Virus record (IMG/VR): IMGVR_UViG_3300046167_000387
Coordinates: 1-58,918 of that record
Strand: one strand, 5' to 3'
DNA length: 58,918 nucleotides
From: a virus
Lineage: Duplodnaviria; Caudoviricetes
Shown here: in pieces, positions 47,489-57,077 of the stretch
How positions within the stretch are numbered: the first letter of the stretch is position 1
Layout of the letters: every line of letters begins with the position of its first letter
Position numbers and translations under genes: made by a program
The notes under the pieces: generated by a model
What the model was told of the DNA's origin: nothing
What the model saw: only the letters and a program-made list of their open reading frames with translations
Databases searched by the model: none

Positions 47489-47863
47489 TTACTTTAGTAT
47501 TTCTTTATACTCTTCAGTAGCATCTACCAAAGCTTTAGCAGGATTACCTGGGCTTTTAATTTCTTCTGCAATAACTTCAATATCTCTTTCTGACATTTTT
47601 ACATAGTTTGAAATCTTATAAGGATCCATATCTTCTATCATTTTATCTTGCATGTCGTCTGTATAAGTTTCTTTAGCTTTTTGTAAGTATAATACAGCAT
47701 CCATAAGCTCTTCTTGTAAATGATTAAGCCACTCAAACATTCTTGATGGATCGTCTTGAAGTGTTACGCCATACTTAGCAAAGCCTACATCAGATCTTGA
47801 TACAAACTTGTCAACAACACGTTCAACAACCGGGTCTCTAAATTCTATTTGTTTTTTCTTCAT
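47489..47863 (-). CDS. nucleotide pyrophosphohydrolase-like protein
   Basis: G.AKYGVTL, HLQEELMDAVLY. Confidence 0.6.
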   Translation of the reverse strand: MKKKQIEFRDPVVERVVDKFVSRSDVGFAKYGVTLQDDPSRMFEWLNHLQEELMDAVLYLQKAKETYTDDMQDKMIEDMDPYKISNYVKMSERDIEVIAEEIKSPGNPAKALVDATEEYKEILK

Positions 47864-47960
47864 TATGATTTGTATATTAATTTATGCGTTTATTAGGTTT
47901 ATGTACGTTTTTATATGCGTTATACACGGTTTTTGTATTTAACGTGTGTTTTTATGCACA

Positions 47961-48719
47961 TTATAATGTTTGTTTTACAAACGTTCCGTTAATCATTTTA
48001 CCTTTACGCTGTGCTATTACTTTGTAAGCTGAATCAATACAGTCTTCTACATTAAGATTTTCTAAAGCAGCTAAGTTTGTTAATACAACTATCATATCAC
48101 CAATAGCATCGATAACTTCTGGTTTATCTTTATTAAGTAATGCTTTAGCTAGTTCTCCAGCTTCTTCCATTAGTTTAACATATTGAGTATTAGAATCACC
48201 TTTGTCATATATACCTCTAACGTGAGCCCACTGTCTTATTAATTCAAATCTAGATGCTGCATCAGCTGGTAAATCAGAAAATGAATTAGCAAAAGCTTTG
48301 TTATATACATAACATCGGTTAGCATCGTACATAGACGTTCTAGCGTTAGACAATATCCACTGTATAGTTTTTTTAGTAATTTTAAAATTACCGTGTGATG
48401 TTTCCCAGCTTAAGTCTAAATTGTCCATTAATCTGCCTTTCAGCTTATTTAATGGACACGGAAATGTTGAGGTCTGCTCTGTAGCGTTAATTTTCATTTT
48501 ATTGTTTTTATTAATTAAATTTTTATAAGATTGTCTGTCGACTTTATAGCCGTAAGACTTTTGAAGTTCTATTTCCATGTCAGACACATAATTAATGTCA
48601 TCGCTAGTAAGTAGAACCTCGTATTCGTCTGGTGCATAGCCTTGTTGCTCCGTAACTCTTTTATTAATATTACGTGTAACACCAATTTTCTTACCAGGAA
48701 TGTGGTAGATTGTATACAT
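47961..48719 (-). CDS. GIY-YIG-like N-terminus fused to MazG-like pyrophosphohydrolase
   Basis: YTIY...KIGVT...R; KLMEEAGEL, DAIGD. Confidence 0.8.
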   Translation of the reverse strand: MYTIYHIPGKKIGVTRNINKRVTEQQGYAPDEYEVLLTSDDINYVSDMEIELQKSYGYKVDRQSYKNLINKNNKMKINATEQTSTFPCPLNKLKGRLMDNLDLSWETSHGNFKITKKTIQWILSNARTSMYDANRCYVYNKAFANSFSDLPADAASRFELIRQWAHVRGIYDKGDSNTQYVKLMEEAGELAKALLNKDKPEVIDAIGDMIVVLTNLAALENLNVEDCIDSAYKVIAQRKGKMINGTFVKQTL

Positions 48720-48727
48720 ATTTATTT

Positions 48728-49564
48728 TTATTTACCAACACTTAGTTCCGCTTTTATAGCAGGTAAAGGATTGTAGTTATTTAATTTAATTTCACTTTTT
48801 TCTGGAATTATTAACTTACCATAGGCGTCCATCTTTTTAGATACTCTAACGCCTTCTTCTAATGTTACATTAGGCAAAGCTCGCTTTGGTCTATCAAAAT
48901 ATAGTTTAGCTTGATCTAAATGGTTATTATACAAATGACAATCACCTAACTGACCTATTAATTGACCGGCTTTTAAACCAGCACCTTTAGCTAACATTTC
49001 TAGTAGTAAACCATACATTGTAATATCGTAAGGTAAACCTAAAAATACATCAGCCGAACGTTGTTGCCACATTAAATCTATAACACCGTTGTTAATATAA
49101 ACTTGAAAAGCGTAATGACAAGGAGGCAAAGCCATATCTTTCACCTCATGTGGAGCCCACGCACTAACTATAAGACGTCTAGAGTCTGGATTAGTATTGA
49201 TGCTATACACAAGATTTTTAAGCTGATCTACGCCGTTAAAATCGCGCCATTGTTTTCCATACACAGGACCTAGTGTTTCATCAGTTCTACCCGAACGTTC
49301 ATAATCTGGTCGCCAATACTTAACGCCATTATCTTCTAAGTATTTTAAATCAGTTCTACCTTGTAATATCCAAAGCAATTCAGTTCTCGCGGCATTAAAG
49401 CTTATCTTTTTTCCTGTAAGAATAGGGAACCCCAAAGACATATCGTGTCTAATCGTTCTGCCAAAGACAGACTTCGTCCCAGTTCCTGTTCTATCTGCTT
49501 TATCCAATCCTCTTCTGAGAATCTCGTCAATGAGTTCTTTGTATTCATTTTCTATGTTTATCAT
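48728..49564 (-). CDS. thyA: thymidylate synthase
   Basis: DRTGTGT, LGPVYGKQWR, ALPPCH, QRSAD.FLG.PY; likely start MINIEN. Confidence 0.95.
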   Translation of the reverse strand: MINIENEYKELIDEILRRGLDKADRTGTGTKSVFGRTIRHDMSLGFPILTGKKISFNAARTELLWILQGRTDLKYLEDNGVKYWRPDYERSGRTDETLGPVYGKQWRDFNGVDQLKNLVYSINTNPDSRRLIVSAWAPHEVKDMALPPCHYAFQVYINNGVIDLMWQQRSADVFLGLPYDITMYGLLLEMLAKGAGLKAGQLIGQLGDCHLYNNHLDQAKLYFDRPKRALPNVTLEEGVRVSKKMDAYGKLIIPEKSEIKLNNYNPLPAIKAELSVGK

Positions 49565-49793
49565 AATAGTATTTTGCGTATTCAAATATTTTTGTCCATA
49601 TTTCTGTTTTGCCATAAGTAATAGGGGTGGTGTTGACTTTTTCGTTGGTTTCAATAGTTATATACCAAGCTGTATCATTATGTGATTTTGGTCCTATTTT
49701 TATATTGTTTCTAATACACCAACGATAAGCTTCCCAAAGACTTTCATTAAATGGAACTTTACCCATATCACAACGTTTCTTTTTTACTCCCAT
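49545..49793 (-). CDS. hypothetical protein
   Basis: ORF track. Confidence 0.65.
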   Translation of the reverse strand: MGVKKKRCDMGKVPFNESLWEAYRWCIRNNIKIGPKSHNDTAWYITIETNEKVNTTPITYGKTEIWTKIFEYAKYYYDKHRK

Positions 49794-51506
49794 CTATGTT
49801 TCCCAAGGCATTGGCTCTCCATCTAAGTTAACAGGCTCATGAGGTAAAAAGCAACCAGACTTTGGCTCCCATTTAAAATGAGCTTCAGCTCCATTTTCAC
49901 CTAAGTTTTGAAACTTAACTTTAAGTACTTTACACTTAACAGTTTTATTTTCATAATCTCTATGAACTAATAACCCGTGATAAGAAGCATCGTACCATTC
50001 ACCACCACCTTTAATGTTATACATAGTTGGTTCTTCAATCTTACCGTCTTTGTCTTTATACATTTTAGTTGGGTGAGCAACAATAAACACTAATACATCA
50101 TACTTCTTAGCAAAGATTTCAATCTTGCTTAAGTACTCCATAGTATATCTATTAACATCTTCAGTCTTACAATCTACGTCTCTAACTTTATTAAATGGAT
50201 CAATAACTAGGCATTTAATACCTTTACGTTTAACTAACTCTGCCGCTTTCTTTAATACAGATTCTAAAGTATAACGTTCCATATCAATGTGAAAGTAATT
50301 ACTATTACAATGATCCGCTATTTGATTCCATCTATCGCCACCAATATCTTCTTTCGTTGGCATACCTTGCCAAGTCTTACGCATTAACTTATGAGCATGA
50401 AGATACGTTGGTACATTTTCTGGCGAAGCAAAAGCTGTTTTCCAACCATAGTTCGCATTATAGCCGACAACCATTTGATCGACAAAATCACTTTTACCGG
50501 AAGAAGGTATACCAGTGACAGTAATAAATTGACCGGTATAAGTTGAAAATATTTCATCAAAATTACTAAGCCCAACTTGAAATCCTTTTTTAAAGCCATT
50601 ACGAACAAAATCCGTAATCTCATCTTCGATGTCTCTGAAAGTAGTAACATTTTCGAGCGGTACCGGTTTTGCTCCTGTAATTCTTTCTGTAAGTTTATCT
50701 GCTCCATATTTTTGTAAGTATTCATTTGCATCTTTACAATCTTTAAAGGTTGTTAAAAAACAAACTTCAGATCCTAGTCTTCTTATTAGTTCTGTTTGTA
50801 ACGCTTGGCCTGCTTCATCTGAATCAACAGCTAGTATAATCTTTTCTTTATCTTCAAAGTAATCGATGCAACTATCTAAGTAATCTAGATTGTTAGAGTT
50901 AAGCGTCGCTCCATTTGGTACTGATATTGCATTTGTTATTCCAGCTTCGTGTAGTGCAAGCACATCCATTTCTCCTTCAACGATAACACAATATTCAAAA
51001 CCAACTGTGCTATCTATATTATAAAATACTTTCTCAGCACCTTTAAATAATTTAAAGTTCTTTCTTCCGTCTCGGTATTTAACATTAGTTAATTCACCGC
51101 CCATAAAATAGTTGAACTTTATTACATTCTCGGTTTTACCGGTCTGTGGCATCCATTCAGGACCCTCAGTAACTTTTAAATCACTGAGAGTCTGTTTGGA
51201 AATACCTCTTGTTTTAAACCATTCTTCAACTTTAGAACCAGGAGCTTGTATAGCAACAGGTTCAGGTTTCACATATACTTTTTCAGCTTTACCTTTACGC
51301 TTATAAGTATGTAGTTGAAAACTAGTATTACAATTGTGACAAGTACCGAGACCCCGTTCCCAATCATAAGAAGCGCATTTTGCTTTTTGATTTTTGGGTT
51401 TCCTTGTATGAGAACAAACAGGGCATGTACCCTGCTTTTTCCCTTCTTCAAGGCTATGCACATTGAATTCTTCAATCACAAATCCATTGATCTCTGTTGT
51501 CTGCAT
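49794..51506 (-). CDS. DNA primase-helicase (T7 gp4/Twinkle-like)
   Basis: CPVC...CHNC zinc finger, TOPRIM EGEMD/DSDEAG/KDANE, Walker A GIPSSGKS. Confidence 0.93.
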   Translation of the reverse strand: MQTTEINGFVIEEFNVHSLEEGKKQGTCPVCSHTRKPKNQKAKCASYDWERGLGTCHNCNTSFQLHTYKRKGKAEKVYVKPEPVAIQAPGSKVEEWFKTRGISKQTLSDLKVTEGPEWMPQTGKTENVIKFNYFMGGELTNVKYRDGRKNFKLFKGAEKVFYNIDSTVGFEYCVIVEGEMDVLALHEAGITNAISVPNGATLNSNNLDYLDSCIDYFEDKEKIILAVDSDEAGQALQTELIRRLGSEVCFLTTFKDCKDANEYLQKYGADKLTERITGAKPVPLENVTTFRDIEDEITDFVRNGFKKGFQVGLSNFDEIFSTYTGQFITVTGIPSSGKSDFVDQMVVGYNANYGWKTAFASPENVPTYLHAHKLMRKTWQGMPTKEDIGGDRWNQIADHCNSNYFHIDMERYTLESVLKKAAELVKRKGIKCLVIDPFNKVRDVDCKTEDVNRYTMEYLSKIEIFAKKYDVLVFIVAHPTKMYKDKDGKIEEPTMYNIKGGGEWYDASYHGLLVHRDYENKTVKCKVLKVKFQNLGENGAEAHFKWEPKSGCFLPHEPVNLDGEPMPWET

Positions 51507-51525
51507 TTAATTTAATTTAATTTAA

Positions 51526-51630
51526 TTATTCTCCGTCTAAGCACTCGGGACATATATCACAATAATCAAAGTCACACTTAGTCATGACTTCACCACACAT
51601 TTCACATTGATCACTAGAATGGTAAATCAT
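51526..51630 (-). CDS. 34-aa Cys-rich micro-protein
   Basis: MIYHSSDQCEMCGEVMTKCDFDYCDICPECLDGE. Confidence 0.45.
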   Translation of the reverse strand: MIYHSSDQCEMCGEVMTKCDFDYCDICPECLDGE

Positions 51631-51925
51631 CTGCTTGAGGCGCGATTGACTGAGCCGCTTGCTGAGGTTGCCCTTCTCTAGGAGCCGCTGCTACATTATC
51701 TCCATTTGTCCATACTACTTTAATGTTTCCTAAATAGACTTTAGCAACTTTAGCTTCACGCTCTTCTTTTGTTTGTTCTACTACTACTGGACCTTGATTA
51801 CCATAGTTATCAACCTCATCATTAATTGTGATTGTGATTGGTAAGTAAGATCCTTTTTTCCCTTTGTATATTTTATCCTTAGGGATCTCGTTTAGATTGA
51901 TGTTTGCTTTGATAATTGATGCCAT
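51614..51925 (-). CDS. single-stranded DNA-binding protein-like
   Basis: Beta-rich core, flexible linker, C-terminal DDLPF. Confidence 0.7.
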   Translation of the reverse strand: MASIIKANINLNEIPKDKIYKGKKGSYLPITITINDEVDNYGNQGPVVVEQTKEEREAKVAKVYLGNIKVVWTNGDNVAAAPREGQPQQAAQSIAPQADDLPF

Positions 51926-51927
51926 AA

Positions 51928-52095
51928 TTAGTACGCTGTTAATTGGTTAAACATTCTTGTTAATTGTTGTTTTGTTGCACCTGTAGTTCTTCTTAAATTG
52001 TCTACAGCTTTAACATGTGTTTGGTTTGTGTAGAAATTTTCAGGGCTTGTTTTTAATCCTGTTACACTACACGTTCTTTTTGTTGATTTTCTCAT
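51928..52095 (-). CDS. 55-aa hypothetical protein
   Basis: Hand-translated MRKSTKRTCSVTG...; follows promoter copy 8. Confidence 0.6.
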   Translation of the reverse strand: MRKSTKRTCSVTGLKTSPENFYTNQTHVKAVDNLRRTTGATKQQLTRMFNQLTAY

Positions 52096-52120
52096 AATTT
52101 AATTTGATTTAATTGTTATT

Positions 52121-52156
52121 AATATTATCGATTGTTATTCGTATTTAGTCTGCAAA
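52121..52156 (-). promoter_or_regulatory. early promoter-like repeat, copy 8 (variant)
   Basis: TTTGCAGACTAAATACG-N10-GATAATATT. Confidence 0.7.
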
Positions 52157-52159
52157 TAA

Positions 52160-52900
52160 TTACAGAGTTTTTGTTACTAGGTATTGAGCCGGATCAAAGT
52201 CTTTGTTTTTATAAAACAATCTGTATTGCTCTATAGCTTGTTCAACTTTGTCTTTGCCTCTTTCTAGAAACTGAGCAGAGCAATCAAATATTCCTATATT
52301 ACCAGTCATTTTATCTATTGCTACAAAAACCATATCCATATTAAAATATGTGGAATAAATGTATGCTTGACTGTCATAGTTATATTCTTTTGCACTATAA
52401 GAGAATTTATCTAAATTAGAGGTTGTTTTAAGATCAACTATTAATTGCTGTGTGTTGTTCTTAATATCGCCTTTCAATTTCCACCACTCTCCACTTAACT
52501 CTAATACTCCAGGTACTTCATACTCAACGTCAATGTCTTGTATTAATTCCTGGCATACTTTGTTAGCCATCAGTTTGTCACGCAACAACTGCAGTTCATC
52601 TGCTTCTTTTTGTAACAAACACATTTCACCGCCAGATAGTTCTTTATAAACCTTAGAGTTTCTAGTAGCGGCTTCTATTATTTTGTATCGCTCTAACTTG
52701 TCTGGCTCAAGAACTAGCGTGTGAAAATAACCTCCTTTTATTAAGTTTGGATTTCCAACTATAGGTTTTTTAAAACTAAGTGGATCTCTTAGTAAGGATC
52801 TTATGTCTGAATTGCTTAAGTACTGTTTTCCAAAATCGCCATAATAATCTTCATCACTTTCTAATCTTTTTAAGATTTCTTTTTTTTCTTTACTTGTCAT
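52160..52900 (-). CDS. PD-(D/E)xK exonuclease (RecE/DUF3799-like)
   Basis: YLSNS, G..FH..VLEP, KGD, DLKTT, YDSQAYIY. Confidence 0.8.
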   Translation of the reverse strand: MTSKEKKEILKRLESDEDYYGDFGKQYLSNSDIRSLLRDPLSFKKPIVGNPNLIKGGYFHTLVLEPDKLERYKIIEAATRNSKVYKELSGGEMCLLQKEADELQLLRDKLMANKVCQELIQDIDVEYEVPGVLELSGEWWKLKGDIKNNTQQLIVDLKTTSNLDKFSYSAKEYNYDSQAYIYSTYFNMDMVFVAIDKMTGNIGIFDCSAQFLERGKDKVEQAIEQYRLFYKNKDFDPAQYLVTKTL

Positions 52901-53412
52901 AAGGTCTTTAAAGTTGCAGCAGGTATTTCATATTTACCTTTAATAGCGTCTAAACTTCCCCCTGCTTTTAGGAAAGCTTTAGCTTTTTCTAGAGCTTGGC
53001 CTTCTAACTTAGGCTTAGCCTTTTCAGCTTTACCGTGATCAGCATCTTGAGTGTCGTCAATTAGAAATAAATTTCCAAGTGCATACTTTTTTCCGTAACT
53101 AGAAGCGCTACCGAATTTTTGAGGCATTTGCATACCTTTTTGAACTAAGTCAATTCCGACAATAGATGTTGCGTGTATAGCATTTTTGCCGTCTGATACA
53201 GTAGCCTTAGATTCTAGAATAGGAAAGTCTTGATTAGACTCTAATAATCTCTCACTAATTGTTACTGATACTCCTAGCTCTAATAGATAGGGTTTTGTTG
53301 CTTCTAGTATGTCTTCGGCTGATCTGAAGTTGTATTTGCCGAATGAATTAAATCTACTTTTTTTCGATTTAAACTTTGTCTGGATAGTAGCCAGTTTGTC
53401 ATTTAAGGTCAT
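52897..53412 (-). CDS. ERF-family ssDNA annealing protein
   Basis: NSFGKYNFRSAEDI, GSASSYGKKYAL..LF.IDD..DAD. Confidence 0.88.
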   Translation of the reverse strand: MTLNDKLATIQTKFKSKKSRFNSFGKYNFRSAEDILEATKPYLLELGVSVTISERLLESNQDFPILESKATVSDGKNAIHATSIVGIDLVQKGMQMPQKFGSASSYGKKYALGNLFLIDDTQDADHGKAEKAKPKLEGQALEKAKAFLKAGGSLDAIKGKYEIPAATLKTL

Positions 53413-53461
53413 TGGTTTATGGTTTGTTGTTATTAATATAATTACGTATTTTTAATATAAA

Positions 53462-54220
53462 CTAAAGATAATCAATCACTTGGGTGGGATCGGTGTTTGC
53501 TATTAAGTGATCAATTGCTTCTTTTTTAATCTGAACGATCCTTGTTGCAGCAGAAGGAACTGTTAGCCCTATATAGGCCGCCACGTCTTTTGCTGATAAC
53601 TTATCGCAATCTAATCCATAAGAAAGCCTTAACACGTTGTACTGCTTGGTAGTTAAGTGTTGTTTCATTAAACTTAATAGATAAGTGTTTAACATTCCTA
53701 TATTATAATCTTCAGATTCATCTGCTATTTTGAAAGCAAAATTATCATCGCTCTCATTGACAGGTATATCATAACTTAAAAATATACTATTAAAAAATAG
53801 AGCTACCATTTTATCATCATCTGGGTTTTTTCTGATTTGTATTAGTTTGTTCTCAGGGATTTTTATATTACCTCTATTGATGTCTATTGCTCTTCTTATA
53901 GCGCCTTTAATTCTTTTGCTAAAGAAAGATTTTAAAGTTTTTTCTATATCAGGTGATTCATTTAACATTTCCCAGTTTAGTTTATCCACAGCTTTTATTA
54001 AACCTAAGTTGCCTTCTTGTATTAAATCATTAATACTCATAACACCTATAGCTTGTTGAGATGTTGGAAATTTTCTAGCTAAGTTTTCTACTAAAGGTAA
54101 AAATCTTATTATTAGTTCGTCTCTAGTATGTTCATCATAAAACTTACCCCCTAGATTACGTATAGAGGTCTTTAAATCTTCTTTGTACCTTACATAGTTT
54201 TGTATATTATAATTCTTCAT
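53462..54220 (-). CDS. phage sigma-70 family factor
   Basis: Region 2 LVENLARKF...DLIQEGNLGLIKAVDK; region 4 LRLSYGL...AKDVA...RIVQIK. Confidence 0.9.
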   Translation of the reverse strand: MKNYNIQNYVRYKEDLKTSIRNLGGKFYDEHTRDELIIRFLPLVENLARKFPTSQQAIGVMSINDLIQEGNLGLIKAVDKLNWEMLNESPDIEKTLKSFFSKRIKGAIRRAIDINRGNIKIPENKLIQIRKNPDDDKMVALFFNSIFLSYDIPVNESDDNFAFKIADESEDYNIGMLNTYLLSLMKQHLTTKQYNVLRLSYGLDCDKLSAKDVAAYIGLTVPSAATRIVQIKKEAIDHLIANTDPTQVIDYL

Positions 54221-54330
54221 GTTCTTCTATTCTATTAAATGCTTTTGCCATTAAATTGTCATTAGCGTAGTGTATATTGCCTATCTTCGCCATCCATTCG
54301 TTGAATTCTTGTGTCATATTTGTTGTTATT

Positions 54331-54480
54331 TTAGTTAGTGTTTACTTCATAACAAACTTCTGTGTATGTTGTTTTTCCTGTGTACAGATCTGTTTGTCTT
54401 TCTGTGTAACACTCCCAGTAAGTGTCTTCACACGAAGTGAATATACCTATTAATATTAATCCTATTAATAATTTTTTCAT
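54331..54480 (-). CDS. 49-aa lipoprotein
   Basis: MKKLLIGLILIGIFTS-C-EDT signal peptide II. Confidence 0.65.
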   Translation of the reverse strand: MKKLLIGLILIGIFTSCEDTYWECYTERQTDLYTGKTTYTEVCYEVNTN

Positions 54481-54483
54481 TTT

Positions 54484-55104
54484 CTATAATTGCTGGTTTA
54501 ATAATTCTTTTTCTTTTTTAAGTTCGTTGTTCATGTTTCTATATATAGTCCTAGTAGAGCAATCTAAAACATTCGACAGCTTTGTCATAGTTATTTTTTC
54601 GTCAGCGTGATTAATCAAAATCATTGCATCGTATATTTCACTATTAGATATTTTAGATCTTCCAACTAACGTACCTACTATAGCAAGCTTTTGTCGCATT
54701 TCAAGACCTGTATTGTCTTTAAATATTACTTTACGTAGCTTATTAGGAGGAGGTAACTCTAAATCCATTAAAGACACATCGTATATCATGCTTTGCAATA
54801 GCTGATCAGAAACTGTAAAAGTAACAAATCCACATTTCTTGTTACATATATACTTACAAAGCGCTTCAAAACCTTCTTGATCCATTTGAGGATTCAAGTA
54901 CCATAATACATACAAATGCCATTTAAGCCCTTTATATGTGTTTATTTTAGCTTTAGAATTAAACAGTGTATAGCACTCTCGTGTTCCTTGCTCGTAATAA
55001 TATCCCCACTCAAATATATCTGTAGGTTTATCCGTAATTGGATCACGCCTATATATTACTTTATGGCGATTTAAGTACGATGTATCTCTTATATAGTGCG
55101 ACAT
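54484..55104 (-). CDS. DNA-binding protein with C-terminal HTH
   Basis: ITMTKLSNVLDCSTRTIYRNM; start codon lies inside palindrome C. Confidence 0.7.
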   Translation of the reverse strand: MSHYIRDTSYLNRHKVIYRRDPITDKPTDIFEWGYYYEQGTRECYTLFNSKAKINTYKGLKWHLYVLWYLNPQMDQEGFEALCKYICNKKCGFVTFTVSDQLLQSMIYDVSLMDLELPPPNKLRKVIFKDNTGLEMRQKLAIVGTLVGRSKISNSEIYDAMILINHADEKITMTKLSNVLDCSTRTIYRNMNNELKKEKELLNQQL

Positions 55105-55146
55105 TAGCTTCTTACTATTATAATTAACAAGCTAGTGTCACATTTT
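55095..55146 (-). repeat. long imperfect palindrome, copy C
   Basis: Reverse complement AAAATGTGACACTAGC...TATAAT...GCTAATGTCGCACT. Confidence 0.8.
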
Positions 55147-55218
55147 TGTAATCAATGCTTATTAATTGGTTTTTGGTTTCAGGTTTTTTAGATATTTATT
55201 AAAAATAAATATTTTTTT

Positions 55219-55497
55219 TTACAGGTTATATAATTCTTTTTCTAGTTTGATTAGATCTGCTTCTACATCAGACAATAATTCGTATTTTTCATTCATTATA
55301 TATGAATTTCGTAATGCTTTCAGTTCTTTTATTTTTAACTCTAGCTTTGCTTTTTTATTCAGAGGAGGTTCAAAACTTTTAGCTTCTTCAAATTGTTCGT
55401 AAAATTGCTTATCCCACTCTTGTTGTTTAGCCACTAGTTTGTCCATAACTTTTACAGCTATGATCTCAGCTAACTTATTTATTTGGTCTTCAGTCAT
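55219..55497 (-). CDS. coiled-coil hypothetical protein (UVR-like C-terminus)
   Basis: ORF track. Confidence 0.6.
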   Translation of the reverse strand: MTEDQINKLAEIIAVKVMDKLVAKQQEWDKQFYEQFEEAKSFEPPLNKKAKLELKIKELKALRNSYIMNEKYELLSDVEADLIKLEKELYNL

Positions 55498-55962
55498 TTA
55501 TGATCTTGTTATTAGTTGTTCGTTACTATTTCGCACTGTGTGCTTTTCGTTTTCATAATAATTCCAGTAGGCATCAACGCTACATTCAGCTTTATATTCA
55601 TCAGGCATACACTGAGGGGGTTGAGCAAATGCATCGTCAGATATACCATTAGGTAAAGTGTATAGCACTTCACGGCATTTAGCGATAGTCAAATGTTCTT
55701 TGCCATAACGTTTAGTATACTCGGCCCCTAGAGCTAACATATGTTCGTATGCCCACATATATGCTTCGGCAGATGACCTAACCCATATAGCTGACGGATG
55801 ATTTTTATGTGTAGCTTTATAAGGTATATCAATAGACGTACCAAGTTCGTGATGCGCAGTACATAACAATTGTGCAGTTTCAAGAATCATTTTGACTACA
55901 TGCTTGTTGTATTGTACTTGTGCTGCTTTTTTAGGGCAGTGTGATAAATAAAATATATTCAT
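55498..55962 (-). CDS. pyrimidine-dimer DNA glycosylase/endonuclease V family protein
   Basis: MNIFYL...KHVVKMILETAQLL, HKNHPSAIWVR. Confidence 0.8.
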   Translation of the reverse strand: MNIFYLSHCPKKAAQVQYNKHVVKMILETAQLLCTAHHELGTSIDIPYKATHKNHPSAIWVRSSAEAYMWAYEHMLALGAEYTKRYGKEHLTIAKCREVLYTLPNGISDDAFAQPPQCMPDEYKAECSVDAYWNYYENEKHTVRNSNEQLITRS

Positions 55963-55963
55963 A

Positions 55964-56185
55964 TTATTTTTTGAATTTAAAGTTATTCTTAATAAACTTG
56001 TTAAAGAATTTACCTTTAGATCTAGCTTCAACTAAACCGCTAAATGTATGATAAGGTACATTGGCATAGTTGTATATACCACTTAAAGATACATCAATTG
56101 ATAAGTTTTGAGTTTCATAGTTGTATTCAGCATAAGCTATTACACTTGAGTCGAATTCGTAAGTTGCTTTAAAATTGTTGTTCAT
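55964..56185 (-). CDS. KTSC domain protein
   Basis: SSVI..AEY...Y.Y.NVP...A.SKGKFFNKFIK. Confidence 0.85.
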   Translation of the reverse strand: MNNNFKATYEFDSSVIAYAEYNYETQNLSIDVSLSGIYNYANVPYHTFSGLVEARSKGKFFNKFIKNNFKFKK

Positions 56186-56205
56186 AAGTTTTTGTTTTTG
56201 TTTAT

Positions 56206-56241
56206 TATATTATCGTTTATTGTTCGTATTTAGTTTGTAAA
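56206..56241 (-). promoter_or_regulatory. early promoter-like repeat, copy 9
   Basis: Consensus match. Confidence 0.8.
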
Positions 56242-56244
56242 TTA

Positions 56245-56409
56245 TTACTCATAAAATTCTTTTATTGTTTTATGGTGGTAACCCATAGATCTAACTACAT
56301 CTAGCCATAGCTCATGAAGCTCTTCAAGTGTTAAATCTGAATGATCTACTTGAGTAGATATTTTTTTGTTGTAATACTTTAGTGTTATTTTTAACGGTTG
56401 CTTATGCAT
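56245..56409 (-). CDS. 54-aa hypothetical protein
   Basis: Hand-translated MHKQPLKITLKYY... Confidence 0.55.
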   Translation of the reverse strand: MHKQPLKITLKYYNKKISTQVDHSDLTLEELHELWLDVVRSMGYHHKTIKEFYE

Positions 56410-56420
56410 AATTTATTATT

Positions 56421-57026
56421 TTAGTGAAATATTAATCCTACTTTATTTGTTTCATTAAACCATCTAGTAGCCATTAGATCAGTAGATGAAGCGTCAGTAT
56501 AACCAGCAGAAATAAGATCGCTATGACTAGAAAATATTTTGGTGTGTCTATGTTGTCTTTCATCTATTAAATGTTTTTGCTTTCCTGAATCAGAAAATAT
56601 TATATCGTAATTATCTGGTAATGAGGCTTTTAACATCATATCAACCATATTGGTGTAACTGTAAAACCGCACGTCAGGATTGTCTTTTGCAATCTTGATC
56701 CACTTTTTTAGATATGCAGTAGAGTAATAATCTCCACTATCGTGGACTCTCACGTAGTCAGGTTTCTTCTTACGTATTTCGTTATTCATAGCATCGACAA
56801 AATCATCTGTCTTGCTAAGTTCATAACGATTTTCAAACGCCGGTTTTACATTACTCCAGATGTAGGCTCCTTTCTTGGCGTAACAGAATTTTATGCATCC
56901 GTCAGCCATTGGGCACGTTAGTTTCCCACTTGACGATTTGTAGGCAGGAATACCAAAGTTAAAGACCCGAAGCCCGAGTACTTTTGATGTTTTTTTAAGT
57001 TTAGAGTTTTGTGTTAGTAAGCTCAT
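56421..57026 (-). CDS. Gp88-family (radical-SAM-like CxxxxxCxxxCY) protein
   Basis: NSKLKK, TCPMADGCIKFCYA, VRVHDSGD, FYSYT. Confidence 0.75.
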   Translation of the reverse strand: MSLLTQNSKLKKTSKVLGLRVFNFGIPAYKSSSGKLTCPMADGCIKFCYAKKGAYIWSNVKPAFENRYELSKTDDFVDAMNNEIRKKKPDYVRVHDSGDYYSTAYLKKWIKIAKDNPDVRFYSYTNMVDMMLKASLPDNYDIIFSDSGKQKHLIDERQHRHTKIFSSHSDLISAGYTDASSTDLMATRWFNETNKVGLIFH

Positions 57027-57041
57027 TGTATATTAGTTTAT

Positions 57042-57077
57042 TATATTATCAACTAGTGATCGTATTTAGTTTGTAAA
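57042..57077 (-). promoter_or_regulatory. early promoter-like repeat, copy 10
   Basis: Consensus match. Confidence 0.8.

Noticed and set aside
47866-47960. Degenerate ACGCATA/TAAA repeats between two genes
   Set aside because: Too degenerate and AT-rich to support a call; only a 13-codon ORF
4600-54220. Stop-codon reassignment as in some crAss-like phages
   Set aside because: Long genes are intact under the standard code, TAG and TGA end real genes (capsid, groES), and the only tRNA is a normal Gln(TTG)
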